A stretch of DNA of 64,000 nucleotides from a virus, in IMG/VR virus record IMGVR_UViG_3300027746_000016, positions 1 through 64,000 of that record; one strand, 5' to 3'. Positions 19,632 through 29,274 of this stretch are shown one piece after another; the stretch's first letter is position 1, and each line of letters starts with the position of its first letter. Below the pieces are notes generated by a model. That model was not told where the DNA came from, ran no database searches, and worked only from the letters and a program-made list of their open reading frames with translations. A program made the translations under genes and the position numbers.

Positions 19632-20546
19632 TTAAATTATTTTTTTATTTTTTAAAATTTGATAAAAGTTATGCGCAAAATTACTATTTAAATAGTTTTG
19701 CCTAACGTAGGAATTTCCATTTTTAGCAATTTTATTTCGAATAGAAGGTTCTCTTTTTAAAAATTCAATTATATCTAATAATTCGTAATTTGTTTTATAA
19801 AAAACACAATGTTCCCAATTTGTAAAAAATTGTTCTATGCCTGGAAAATGTTTCATTAGAACACAAGAACCTGATGCTAATGCAATTAAATTTCTGTGTG
19901 TAAAATAACCTTCAATGTCATTTCTATTATTATGAGCGATTGTTAAATACGAAGTATTATAAAGATCTGGGACCTGTGAAAAATCTATATTTCCTTTTGA
20001 ATTAGCTGAATATGGGAAAGATCCGTAAAGTTCTAACTCAGGAACATATTTGCCTATGAAATTAGCCAAAGAAATTCTTTCTTCACCACCCGGAAAATGA
20101 TCATATACGTTACCTACAAACACCACACTCCCTGTAGTCATTTCTTTTACTTCTCGAACTTGCCGATCATCAAATACTTCAAAAAGATATTCACAAGGAG
20201 TATCAAGTATTCTCGAGAAATATTCTAGCTGTTTTCCATTAAAAGGAAATAAATAGAGATCAGCAACTCCGATCATGTTCATTGCTTCAGGTAAAGGGGC
20301 GTATCTAACATCTCCTACCCATATTGTAAACATTGCCCCGGTCAAAGATTTTAAAGTATTGCAATCGTCCAATGAGATTACATTTCCATGCATAAAAACA
20401 TAATCAGGATTAAATCTTATAGATTCTTCTAGTTTTTTAAAAATTAGAGTATCAAATTCAGTTTTAAATCCATTGAGTATTGAATCAAATATCCCATTTT
20501 CAGAGTGTAGGTGATAATCTAGCGGTATATACAGGAGCTTCTTCAT
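19632..20546 (-). CDS. GT-B glycosyltransferase (CgeB/Glyco_trans_1_2-like)
   Basis: VVFVGN...R; YFTHRNL.ALASGS; EHCVFY...RNKIAKNG. Confidence 0.7.
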   Translation of the reverse strand: MKKLLYIPLDYHLHSENGIFDSILNGFKTEFDTLIFKKLEESIRFNPDYVFMHGNVISLDDCNTLKSLTGAMFTIWVGDVRYAPLPEAMNMIGVADLYLFPFNGKQLEYFSRILDTPCEYLFEVFDDRQVREVKEMTTGSVVFVGNVYDHFPGGEERISLANFIGKYVPELELYGSFPYSANSKGNIDFSQVPDLYNTSYLTIAHNNRNDIEGYFTHRNLIALASGSCVLMKHFPGIEQFFTNWEHCVFYKTNYELLDIIEFLKREPSIRNKIAKNGNSYVRQNYLNSNFAHNFYQILKNKKII

Positions 20547-21058
20547 TAAAATATTTTATGTCTATCTATAAAAATATCTATATTTTTGCTCATTAATAAC
20601 TGCGCATTTTCAATAATTTTATCCTCTTCCCAATCCCACCATTTAATTTTTAATAGATTTGAAATCTGATTATCTGTGAATCTTGGCTTGACTTTACGAG
20701 CTGGAGATCCAACATTTATTGAATATGGATCAACGTTCTTTGTTACAATTGACCGTGCCCCTATCACTGCCCCGTCCTCAATTGTTACACCGCTCATTAT
20801 TAAACAGTCTTCTCCAATCCATACGTCGTTTCCTATTATAACATCGCCCTTCCACACTGGATGACCAGTTAGATGGCTGCATTGTTGAAAATTTACGCTA
20901 AATGGATATGTTGAAATAAATTCAGTATTATGGCCAAACCCTCCATCTATTACTAAACCTGCAGCAAATGAACAATATTTACCAATAATTACTGAATTGT
21001 GTACGCCACGTCTAGTAACATTACCATACGACCTAAAACCCATTGTTAATTCTCCCAT
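20546..21058 (-). CDS. hexapeptide-repeat O-acetyltransferase (CatB/Vat-like, probably acting on sugars)
   Basis: IGKYCSFA, KGDVIIGNDVWIG, GAVIGARSIVTKNV.PY, KIKWWDW. Confidence 0.85.
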   Translation of the reverse strand: MGELTMGFRSYGNVTRRGVHNSVIIGKYCSFAAGLVIDGGFGHNTEFISTYPFSVNFQQCSHLTGHPVWKGDVIIGNDVWIGEDCLIMSGVTIEDGAVIGARSIVTKNVDPYSINVGSPARKVKPRFTDNQISNLLKIKWWDWEEDKIIENAQLLMSKNIDIFIDRHKIF

Positions 21059-21073
21059 GGTTTTTGTTTTTTT

Positions 21074-21646
21074 TTAGTTAAAATAAAGTAATCCAGTTCC
21101 AGTATAGTGTCCGATTTTAGTTAAATCGTATTTTTCTATGGCAATTGAATCCCAAAACTCTTGCATAGGTCCAGCTAAGTGAATATCATCAAATAATACA
21201 AGACCAGTATATTTAATTTTAATTAACTCGTTAATAAATTCTCTTTCAAATGAACCATCGTGGTAAGTATCTACTAAAATTAATGGTGAATTTAATATAA
21301 TTGATGGACTATTTAAAATATTGTCAATACAATATTTAATATTAGCAATATCAATTTTTAATATCTCAGGTTGCTGGTTAACATCAAACGATATAATTGA
21401 ATTAGTTGGATTATAAGACAGTGCAATAGATGAGCTACCTTGATATGTTCCAATATCTAATAATGTTTTATTATTAAATAGAGTACTAATAAATGCAAGT
21501 AACCTATAATGTTCTGTGCCTGACTCCATATAAAACCAATCTTTTGGAGTATTAATGGTAGCAGTTGAGGCTTGATACCTAGTTAAATCAATTGAATTTA
21601 ACTGAGTATTTGTTACATTAAGTATTTGTGATAAAATAGTTTTCAT
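21074..21646 (-). CDS. class I SAM-dependent methyltransferase (Methyltransf_24-like)
   Basis: LLDIGTYQGSS, ILVDTYH, VLFDDI. Confidence 0.8.
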   Translation of the reverse strand: MKTILSQILNVTNTQLNSIDLTRYQASTATINTPKDWFYMESGTEHYRLLAFISTLFNNKTLLDIGTYQGSSSIALSYNPTNSIISFDVNQQPEILKIDIANIKYCIDNILNSPSIILNSPLILVDTYHDGSFEREFINELIKIKYTGLVLFDDIHLAGPMQEFWDSIAIEKYDLTKIGHYTGTGLLYFN

Positions 21647-21649
21647 AAT

Positions 21650-22381
21650 TTAACTTATTATTTTTTTATTAAAATTTGGATGAGTTTTTAAAACATCAGG
21701 TAGAGTATTTTTATCAAAAGCAACGGCTTCTCCCCATACTGTGCAGGTTGGATGTATATCTTTATCTCCAGGTTGCCACGCATAATAGGTATTAGCTAAC
21801 CAGCCTGGTTTTATTTCGTTTTTATGACCGTGAATTTCAAATTTATAGTCCATTATTTTTTTATCTTGAGCATATCCAAAATGATAAATTGTTCCATTAA
21901 TAGATTCTTCAATTTGATTATTTTTATTTATGTTAAATAGTCTAGCTGGTTGAAACCCATCATAACATGCCCAATTAAATGATTTCCAAAAATTAACAAA
22001 ACCATTAACATTTCGCCTCCATGCAGAACCTTCATATGTTTCTTTTATGCATTTTTCTAGTGAAATTGGTTCCCAAATTTCATCTGCATCAACTGCGAGC
22101 ATAACATTATAACCGTGTGCATATTTCCAGGCAAGACTGCGGTGTTGGCCTTCATTCCATGCACCATCGGCATTAACCCAGTGTACTTTATTTGAGGCAG
22201 CGTGGGCAATATCTCTAATTTCAGATTCTGATTCCGGACAAGGAGTTGCGGTTCCATGACCATAGCTTGGGTGTGTTGTGTATAAAATTACAATTTTATC
22301 TACTTGATCAGAAATTGACCGGATTGAGGCATCTAAGTATTCTGCACCATAGTGAACTGGGTAATATGCAAGGGTTTTCAT
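21650..22381 (-). CDS. GT2-like glycosyltransferase
   Basis: AVDADEIW, IYHFGYA; resembles 18203..19033. Confidence 0.7.
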   Translation of the reverse strand: MKTLAYYPVHYGAEYLDASIRSISDQVDKIVILYTTHPSYGHGTATPCPESESEIRDIAHAASNKVHWVNADGAWNEGQHRSLAWKYAHGYNVMLAVDADEIWEPISLEKCIKETYEGSAWRRNVNGFVNFWKSFNWACYDGFQPARLFNINKNNQIEESINGTIYHFGYAQDKKIMDYKFEIHGHKNEIKPGWLANTYYAWQPGDKDIHPTCTVWGEAVAFDKNTLPDVLKTHPNFNKKIIS

Positions 22382-23025
22382 TATTTATTGTTGATTATTT
22401 TAAAGGCCTCTTCGACTAGATGTTTGGCATGAAATCCAAATGTATTGGTTGGGCCGTGCATATTGTCCATTGGTATTTCTATTGAAAATTTAGTAGCAAG
22501 TTCAACTGGGGCAATAACCAAACCTGCTTTTGCAATTTCATTTTTATAGACTGATGCAATAAGAACATCTTCATTTGCTATACACTTTAGTGTTTTGGTA
22601 AATTCCAATAATTTTTTACTACGTAAAGAAAATCCTCCATTTCCAACCTGTTCGCCAACCTTTGGCCAACCAATATAGAGCGGCCATGGTGAACCAATAT
22701 AGTCATATTTAAAAAAATCATCTGACCATAACTCTGGGTTAAGGATAAAGCCATCATCTTGAAATATTAAACAAAAGTCAGTATCTACATAACTGTGTAA
22801 TTTATTAATACAAAAGGCCGAATATTCTTCAAGTGTCATATGGCTTGCCTGGATAAAGTCAACACCTTCTACCTTTGGATCCTCTAAACTTATCATTTTT
22901 ATTTTACCGAATGTTACACAAGATAACATATACTTTAAAATAGTTTGATAATTGGATTGCCGAGCTTCGTCAACTGGGCGGCCGTCTATACAAATTGCGG
23001 TTACATTAGATAAGTCTAATTTCAT
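22381..23025 (-). CDS. DUF5672-like GT-A fold protein
   Basis: LIFQDDGF, YDYIGSPW, VGNGGFSLRSK, NEDV, FGFH. Confidence 0.75.
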   Translation of the reverse strand: MKLDLSNVTAICIDGRPVDEARQSNYQTILKYMLSCVTFGKIKMISLEDPKVEGVDFIQASHMTLEEYSAFCINKLHSYVDTDFCLIFQDDGFILNPELWSDDFFKYDYIGSPWPLYIGWPKVGEQVGNGGFSLRSKKLLEFTKTLKCIANEDVLIASVYKNEIAKAGLVIAPVELATKFSIEIPMDNMHGPTNTFGFHAKHLVEEAFKIINNK

Positions 23026-23037
23026 AATTTATTTATT

Positions 23038-23700
23038 TTATTCTGTTACTGAAACATATAGATATGGCTCAGGTATTCTTGGGCTGGTGTCACTATACAT
23101 TCGGATATTAGTTAAGTGTAGGTGTCTACTTTTTATTGTTTTTGCCGGATTAATTAGCGTGTATCCAACTTTATTTAATTCATAGGCAAATCGATTATCA
23201 CAGCCTGGAATTCCAAATTCAAAATCATAATAGCCACGTTTTATATAGTTTAAAAATACCCAAGTATCTTGACTATCCCAGTGTTCATATAATTCAAAAG
23301 TAGGGTCTGACTCGGATTCCGGTTCTATATGATTCCATCTGGATAAAGTAATTGCATTTTTTCGAGTAAGTCGAGTATTTATGTCTAAAATATCATCATC
23401 TTGAAAGTAAATATCACTATTGCATATAAGTAGTATTGTTTTAATTCTACTATATAATTTTTTTTTATAATAGTTTGCAACTGATATTGCATTTTGATAA
23501 GTGGGTCTACCCTTTGTATTTTTTATAATAATTTTTGGATTTTCTAAAAGTATTTTATCCGTTATTTTAGTATCAGTTAATAATATTACCTTATCAATAT
23601 TTTGATTTTTTAAATTTTGCTCTAAACAGAATTCAAGTTCAGCATTTCTGGTTTGACTTGCCAATCTAAAATATGGAGTAATTAATATACAGTTAGTCAT
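23038..23700 (-). CDS. putative GT-A fold glycosyltransferase
   Basis: ICNSDIYF, SQDTWVF, GIPGCDNRFAY, HLH. Confidence 0.6.
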   Translation of the reverse strand: MTNCILITPYFRLASQTRNAELEFCLEQNLKNQNIDKVILLTDTKITDKILLENPKIIIKNTKGRPTYQNAISVANYYKKKLYSRIKTILLICNSDIYFQDDDILDINTRLTRKNAITLSRWNHIEPESESDPTFELYEHWDSQDTWVFLNYIKRGYYDFEFGIPGCDNRFAYELNKVGYTLINPAKTIKSRHLHLTNIRMYSDTSPRIPEPYLYVSVTE

Positions 23701-23702
23701 AT

Positions 23703-24545
23703 CTACTTTGACTTAATTGTTTTATATAGTATATCGTCGGCTGACTCTAGGGCCTTAACTCTTTCTAAATTTTCAATAATATATGGCATCATTGATTCAT
23801 AAAGTTCTGGAGTTAATGAGTTGACTCCTTTAAAATCTTCCCAAAAAATTATTCCATTTGGATTAAAATCTTCACTAACCTTTTTGGTACCCCAATAAAT
23901 TGGAATAGTTCCAGTTGCAAAACAGTCAGTTATTTTTTCAGTGTAATACTTATCGTATACTGCATTTTCAAAAGTAACTGAAAAGCGATAGTCTTTTAGG
24001 GCAGGTAATTTAGACCTCCACCAGTCTCCACTTGGGCCAATACCTTGACCGATTCTTTGAGAACCGTGTGCTCCACCAAATAGATCAATTTTATCTTTTA
24101 ACTGGTCAGCAATTTCTAACCTAAATTGATGGCCTTTTGTTCTTGACTTTGGCGAACAAATCATTGAACAAGATTTTGTTTTTTGATAAATCATCATTTC
24201 ATCAAATTTTGTCCATGGTAAATTTGAACCAGGCGGAGCATATATAAAAAAAGGATTGCTTAATAAAGTTTCATCGCATGTAAAAATTCCACTAAAATAT
24301 TTTCGGTAATGTTCAATATTTGATTTTATTTTTCGGTATTGATCATCACAGATATCTCTAGATTCGCATAACCAGCCAAATTTAGTTGGAGTAGCTCTAT
24401 CTAATAAGCCTTGATCAATTGCTCCATCTATATAAATTTTAATAGTTGAAGGTCCAGAAGTCCACTTAAATAATTTAGGTGGTAAATTTGAACACGAAGA
24501 GTAGTCCGGCGGAAATGGCAAGCCTATTCCAGTTATTTGTTCCAT
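23703..24545 (-). CDS. GT10 alpha-1,3/4-fucosyltransferase-like protein
   Basis: YRFSVTFEN....YYTEKI.DCF..GTIPIYWG signature. Confidence 0.85.
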   Translation of the reverse strand: MEQITGIGLPFPPDYSSCSNLPPKLFKWTSGPSTIKIYIDGAIDQGLLDRATPTKFGWLCESRDICDDQYRKIKSNIEHYRKYFSGIFTCDETLLSNPFFIYAPPGSNLPWTKFDEMMIYQKTKSCSMICSPKSRTKGHQFRLEIADQLKDKIDLFGGAHGSQRIGQGIGPSGDWWRSKLPALKDYRFSVTFENAVYDKYYTEKITDCFATGTIPIYWGTKKVSEDFNPNGIIFWEDFKGVNSLTPELYESMMPYIIENLERVKALESADDILYKTIKSK

Positions 24546-26242
24546 ATTTTATCCCAGTTTTTTTCCCAATTATAATCTTCAGTTATCTCAATATCAGTAG
24601 AATTAAGCTCTTTAGTTAAAAAATCATAAAAGAATATTTCATTACCTGATTCAATGATTAACTTTTTTAAATATTTTGATTTAGAGGTTTTTAATGATTC
24701 ATCAAAACAAAATCTAATTCTACTAGTATTTGAAAAATTTAATAGGCAGGTATATGCATTAGCAAAAACTGAGTCCTCTGTGCCGCTAAACTTGATATTA
24801 AAAGTTTTAGTACCGGCACTGATATTCCAACGCTGATTATCGGTTAGTGAATTTACTTTTCTAAAAACTTCACCTTTTTCTGGCATATTACTATTTCCAT
24901 TATCAATATATCTACCATGGACAAAATCCATCCAATTATCAGATAATAATTTAACTGAAAATTCACTTTCTAATTTAGGAATAACATAGTGCTTAATTGC
25001 ATCATGGTCTAATTCAACAATGCCTTTTGCTAGTGCACAGCTACTATGAATTACCCATTCTCTAATTACCTTAAATGCTCCAACTGTATAGTTAAAAAAT
25101 ATCGGTGAAGCCTTTATTCCAGTCATATCTCCGCTATGGGTTGCCATTGCCAAGTCTTCACCTATATTATTAAATTCAGCAAATGGCTCCTTAAATGTAG
25201 TATCACAATCCATCCAAATTAATGGCTTTTTATATTCAATTAACTTTTCTAAAATAAATTGAGGTTTCATTAAACAGTTTGAAGAATAGTCTCCAATTGG
25301 CTCCTTTTTTACAATATCATGCTTTACTGAAAATTGACTACACTGTCTTTTTAATTTTTCTGCAAAATTTAGATAATAGTTTCGGTTATTTGAATCTGAA
25401 TGAAAACTAATGATTAATGGGGTCATTTTTGCTAAGTTTGTTAACTTGCGTGATGATTTAATTAATGTAATTTCTTTAGCAATTGATGGATCAGGGATTG
25501 ATTGAATTGAATTAACAATAGACTTAGCGATTGATCCAGTTTTTTTAATAATTTTAGTTAATGAAGTGGATTTATTTTTATTAATATGCAGGTCTCGTAT
25601 TTGAAATAGCTCTTTGAAATAAGGTTTGCCAACTGAATCAAAAAGGTCAATTGCAATAAGTTTGTCAATATTAGGAGAGGCAGCAGTAACCGGTTCCCTA
25701 AATATAAAATAGTGACTAATTGACTTGTCTGAAAAGGAAGGTGAATTTGCAATAAAATATGAAAACATTCCAATAATTGACTGTACTCCAAAATCGGCAA
25801 TTGAAAATGCAGCAGCTGCGGCATTCGCAACAGTACTATTTAAATTAACAGTAAATAGGCTAGATGAAATTGTTCCTGTATGGTTTTTATAAAAGGTATT
25901 TGCCGTATTGCTAATTGGAACTCGATTAACAATAAAAATATTTGGGTCAATTACAGTTAATTTATCAGCACCAGTATAAGAAAAGGCTGAAATAATTGAT
26001 GGATTAACTATAAATTTACCAGTTGATCTCTTTTTTGCAAGTTTAGAGTTATAATCTGGATATAATTTAACAATATTAACTGATTGAGATAGGGCGGTTA
26101 ATATTTTAGATGGAATTTCTGTTTCTGAACAAATTACTAAATGGTCAGGTTCTTCATCTAAATTATAAATAAGTGATTCTATATTTTTAACAAAAATATC
26201 AACAACATTTTCTGAATAATAGGTAAAAATTGCAAATTTCAA
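24533..26242 (-). CDS. multidomain nucleotide-diphospho-sugar transferase
   Basis: KPQFI...LIWMDCD DxD domain plus a degenerate GT-like N-terminal domain; TTG start. Confidence 0.65.
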   Translation of the reverse strand: MKFAIFTYYSENVVDIFVKNIESLIYNLDEEPDHLVICSETEIPSKILTALSQSVNIVKLYPDYNSKLAKKRSTGKFIVNPSIISAFSYTGADKLTVIDPNIFIVNRVPISNTANTFYKNHTGTISSSLFTVNLNSTVANAAAAAFSIADFGVQSIIGMFSYFIANSPSFSDKSISHYFIFREPVTAASPNIDKLIAIDLFDSVGKPYFKELFQIRDLHINKNKSTSLTKIIKKTGSIAKSIVNSIQSIPDPSIAKEITLIKSSRKLTNLAKMTPLIISFHSDSNNRNYYLNFAEKLKRQCSQFSVKHDIVKKEPIGDYSSNCLMKPQFILEKLIEYKKPLIWMDCDTTFKEPFAEFNNIGEDLAMATHSGDMTGIKASPIFFNYTVGAFKVIREWVIHSSCALAKGIVELDHDAIKHYVIPKLESEFSVKLLSDNWMDFVHGRYIDNGNSNMPEKGEVFRKVNSLTDNQRWNISAGTKTFNIKFSGTEDSVFANAYTCLLNFSNTSRIRFCFDESLKTSKSKYLKKLIIESGNEIFFYDFLTKELNSTDIEITEDYNWEKNWDKIWNK

Positions 26243-26318
26243 ATCTAATATTATTTTTTCAATTAAATAAACTTAATTTATATACTTAGTAATATACTTT
26301 AAAAATAATATTAGATTT
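26241..26318. repeat. 18-bp perfect inverted repeat (26241-26258 / 26301-26318) flanking a 42-bp divergent promoter region
   Basis: AAATCTAATATTATTTTT is the exact reverse complement of AAAAATAATATTAGATTT. Confidence 0.85.
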
Positions 26319-26324
26319 ACGGTT

Positions 26325-27206
26325 TTGAAAAATTATTATGATATATTAGAAGTATCTAAATCAGCTGATCAGGATACAATTAAGCAAGCGTATCGAACTC
26401 TATCAAAAAAGTTTCATCCAGATAAAAATCCAGATGGAGAGGCTAAATTTAAGGAGGTCTCTGAAGCATATGATACGCTAGGCGATGTTACAAAAAGAGC
26501 AACTTATGATAATCCACTACGACAAAGCTATTCAAATTTTTCAGGTTTTAGTACAACCTTTACTGATTTCTCGTTTGCTCATACTAATTTAGCAAATCTT
26601 AATATACAAATAGATCGTAATTTTAAAATTGCTGAATTAATGGCTGGTGTTGAGTTTACGGTTAATTATAAAATTTCAAAATCTAATTCCGCAGGCTCAA
26701 CATTTGAAGATAAGTCAATTAGAATAAAATTAAATTTATCAACCCAAGCCTATCCATTTACTCAGGTTGGTGCAGATACTGCAATTATTCTTAAGGTTAG
26801 AGGTGGAGGTTCTAGTCAAGTAACAAATAGTTCTGATTTTTTCGGAAGACCGATCCAGTCTCATGTTAATGGAGACCTAACCGTTAGAGTATTAATAGAT
26901 CTACAAGGCCTATCAATAGATGAGAGTGACCTGGTACAACCGGTTGAAATTAGTTTATATGAATCACTATTTAATGATGAACTTGTATTGGAAAATCCAT
27001 TAGGTAAAAAATACAGAATAAAATCATTTAATTCAAATAATTTATCAGATTTAAAGGTTAGAATACCCGGCCATGGATTATTTGCACCAAGCGGAGCTAC
27101 TGGGTCATACGTATTTGATATTAAAATAAAAAAAATAGACCTTTCTAAACTTAGCGAATCAGCTTTAGCCAATTTTAAAGAATTACTTAGTGAGTTTGAT
27201 AAATAA
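26325..27206 (+). CDS. dnaJ: DnaJ-class chaperone (J-domain and C-terminal domain, no Zn finger)
   Basis: NYYDILEV...KKFHPDKN...FKEVSEAY; GDLTV; IPGHGL. Confidence 0.9.
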   Translation: MKNYYDILEVSKSADQDTIKQAYRTLSKKFHPDKNPDGEAKFKEVSEAYDTLGDVTKRATYDNPLRQSYSNFSGFSTTFTDFSFAHTNLANLNIQIDRNFKIAELMAGVEFTVNYKISKSNSAGSTFEDKSIRIKLNLSTQAYPFTQVGADTAIILKVRGGGSSQVTNSSDFFGRPIQSHVNGDLTVRVLIDLQGLSIDESDLVQPVEISLYESLFNDELVLENPLGKKYRIKSFNSNNLSDLKVRIPGHGLFAPSGATGSYVFDIKIKKIDLSKLSESALANFKELLSEFDK

Positions 27207-27241
27207 TGTTAGTATAGTTTATCTTTTTTAAGATAGTGCTA

Positions 27242-27250
27242 TATAAATAA
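27242..27250 (+). promoter_or_regulatory. late-type promoter TATAAATAA
   Basis: Contains the exact T4 late consensus TATAAATA, upstream of the head genes. Confidence 0.65.
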
Positions 27251-27268
27251 TTAAAAAGTCTCACTAAA

Positions 27269-29254
27269 TTGGCTAATACTACTATAACAAATTTAAATGC
27301 AAAAAGCTTAGGTAAAGATCAAGTTTTTATTATTGAGAAAAGCAATCAGGCATTATCAGCAACAAATACAAATGGAACAATTGTACTTGAGGGTATATGT
27401 GCAGTTTTTGGACAAAAAAATGAAAACAATCGTATTTACGAAAAACAGGAGTATTTACCTCACTTAAATTATCTAAATGAAAAAATAAGTAAAGGTCAAC
27501 TGTTTGGAGAATTAGATCATCCTCAAAGTTTTGATGTTTCTCTTAAAAATGTATCGCATGTAGTTGAAGGACTAACATATGATGAGCCTAGCAATAGTAT
27601 AAAAATTCGGCTTAAAGTATTAGATACACCGTGTGGACGTATTGCAAAAACACTAGTTGAGTCAGGGTGTACAATTTCAAGTTCATCAAGAGCAGCTGGT
27701 CAAGTTGGCGATGGTGGAAAGGTTAAGTTGCAAAAAATATTTACATATGACCTAGTTGCTGAACCAGGTTTTTCACAAGCTTCACTAAGTCAAGTATCTG
27801 AAAGTTTAAAGGGTAATTATTCATCACTATTTGAATCATTAGATACTTTAAAAATGACTTCTATCACAAATAATTTAAAAGATATATCAGAAAGCTTTAG
27901 TTTTGAAGATTCTGTTAAAATATACCAAATAAATAACTCTGATATTATAAAAACACAACAAAATAACAAAAAGCACATGGCTACTGACTTTGTAACAAAA
28001 AATGAAATGAATCAATATTCTCAATTGGTTAAGAATAAATTTCAAAAACTTCAAGAGAATATTTCAAAGAATAATACTAAATTAAGTTCATTAAATGAAA
28101 ATTCTGAAGATCCTCAAGTAACTGGTAAGTTAGTTGAATACGTTAATTATTTAGCAGGCGAAATGGAGAAAATGGTTGGATATACTAACTATTTATCAAC
28201 TATGTTAAATAAAGGAATTGACTATACTGAACATGTTGCTGAAAAGGTTAATAATGTAATTGACTATAGCGACTATTTAGCTGAAAAAGTAGAAAAGAAT
28301 ATTGGATATTCTGACTATTTAGGCGAAAAAGTTAATCAGTCTATTAATTATGGTGAGTATATTGCAGAGAATGTTGAAAAGACAATTGCCTATACTAACT
28401 ATCTTGCTGAGAACGTAGATAAAGGAATTCAATACGCTGAATATGTAGGTGAAAGTGCAGAAAAAGGAATTAAATATTCTAACTACCTTGCAGAAAACTT
28501 AGATGCAGCAATTAACTACTCTAACTATTTAGGAGAAAATTTACAGAAAGGAATAATGTATTCTGAATATATTGCTGAAACTATGAATGAAAAAATCACA
28601 TCTAATGTTGATGTTAAAGCTCGTAGATTATTATCAGACGTTAAAAAATTAAATGAAGGAGCAAATTATCAAGTTGATGAAACTTCTGGAGTTGATGATT
28701 TAACCAGTGCAGTTGATGGAATATTAACTCATATTAAATCTAATTCAGCAAATACAGTTTTAGAGAATAAGTATCCATTTCTTAAATTGTTAAGCGAATC
28801 TAATAAACAAAAATTCTATGGTTTAGATCAACCAACTAAAGCTTCAATTGTTGAAACTATGAGAGGTGCTATCTTCTTTACTGAAGGAGAAGTTATTAAT
28901 ATCATGGAAGCAGTATTAAATAAGCAAACTGAAAATACTCCAAGCTATATTAAATTTATGCCTGAAAAATATAAATCTATAGTTGAAAGTATGAATGAGG
29001 CTGAATTAAATTGGATTTCGGCACAGGCTTCAAGTCTAGTAGTAAATACTCAATATCAAGCAAAAGCATTCTGGGATTCTCGCGATCTTCGCCCGATTAC
29101 AGAAAGAATTGCTCAAGAATCAATTAATACATCAAACAATATTAACGAAAGCCACGGTAAAGAAGGTTTTGTTTCGTTAAAACAAGTAAATCAAAGCCTA
29201 AGAGGTTACTCAGATAACTACTTAGCTGCTCTACAAAGAAGAGCACAAAATTAA
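27269..29254 (+). CDS. prohead protease (gp21-like) fused to a scaffold/core domain
   Basis: NENNRIY, GELDHP, VSH, DTPCGRIAK, SSRAAG, YDLVAEPGF; directly upstream of the major capsid gene. Confidence 0.9.
   Translation: MANTTITNLNAKSLGKDQVFIIEKSNQALSATNTNGTIVLEGICAVFGQKNENNRIYEKQEYLPHLNYLNEKISKGQLFGELDHPQSFDVSLKNVSHVVEGLTYDEPSNSIKIRLKVLDTPCGRIAKTLVESGCTISSSSRAAGQVGDGGKVKLQKIFTYDLVAEPGFSQASLSQVSESLKGNYSSLFESLDTLKMTSITNNLKDISESFSFEDSVKIYQINNSDIIKTQQNNKKHMATDFVTKNEMNQYSQLVKNKFQKLQENISKNNTKLSSLNENSEDPQVTGKLVEYVNYLAGEMEKMVGYTNYLSTMLNKGIDYTEHVAEKVNNVIDYSDYLAEKVEKNIGYSDYLGEKVNQSINYGEYIAENVEKTIAYTNYLAENVDKGIQYAEYVGESAEKGIKYSNYLAENLDAAINYSNYLGENLQKGIMYSEYIAETMNEKITSNVDVKARRLLSDVKKLNEGANYQVDETSGVDDLTSAVDGILTHIKSNSANTVLENKYPFLKLLSESNKQKFYGLDQPTKASIVETMRGAIFFTEGEVINIMEAVLNKQTENTPSYIKFMPEKYKSIVESMNEAELNWISAQASSLVVNTQYQAKAFWDSRDLRPITERIAQESINTSNNINESHGKEGFVSLKQVNQSLRGYSDNYLAALQRRAQN
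28139..28600 (+). repeat. 11 x 14-aa (42-bp) coding repeat, Yxx(Y/H)(L/I/V)(A/G)E
   Basis: YVNYLAGE / YTNYLST / YTEHVAE / YSDYLAE / YSDYLGE / YGEYIAE / YTNYLAE / YAEYVGE / YSNYLAE / YSNYLGE / YSEYIAE at an exact 14-aa period. Confidence 0.9.
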
Positions 29255-29274
29255 AAAAAAAATAATTTATAAAA

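Noticed and set aside
20546-21058. Antibiotic resistance gene (vat/catB)
   Set aside because: The fold matches, but its position inside a glycosyltransferase operon points to sugar O-acetylation.
23697-23705. TAG readthrough at the end of the GT10 gene (TAG ATA TGA overlapping the next ATG)
   Set aside because: Compatible with readthrough but would add only two residues, so it is uninformative.
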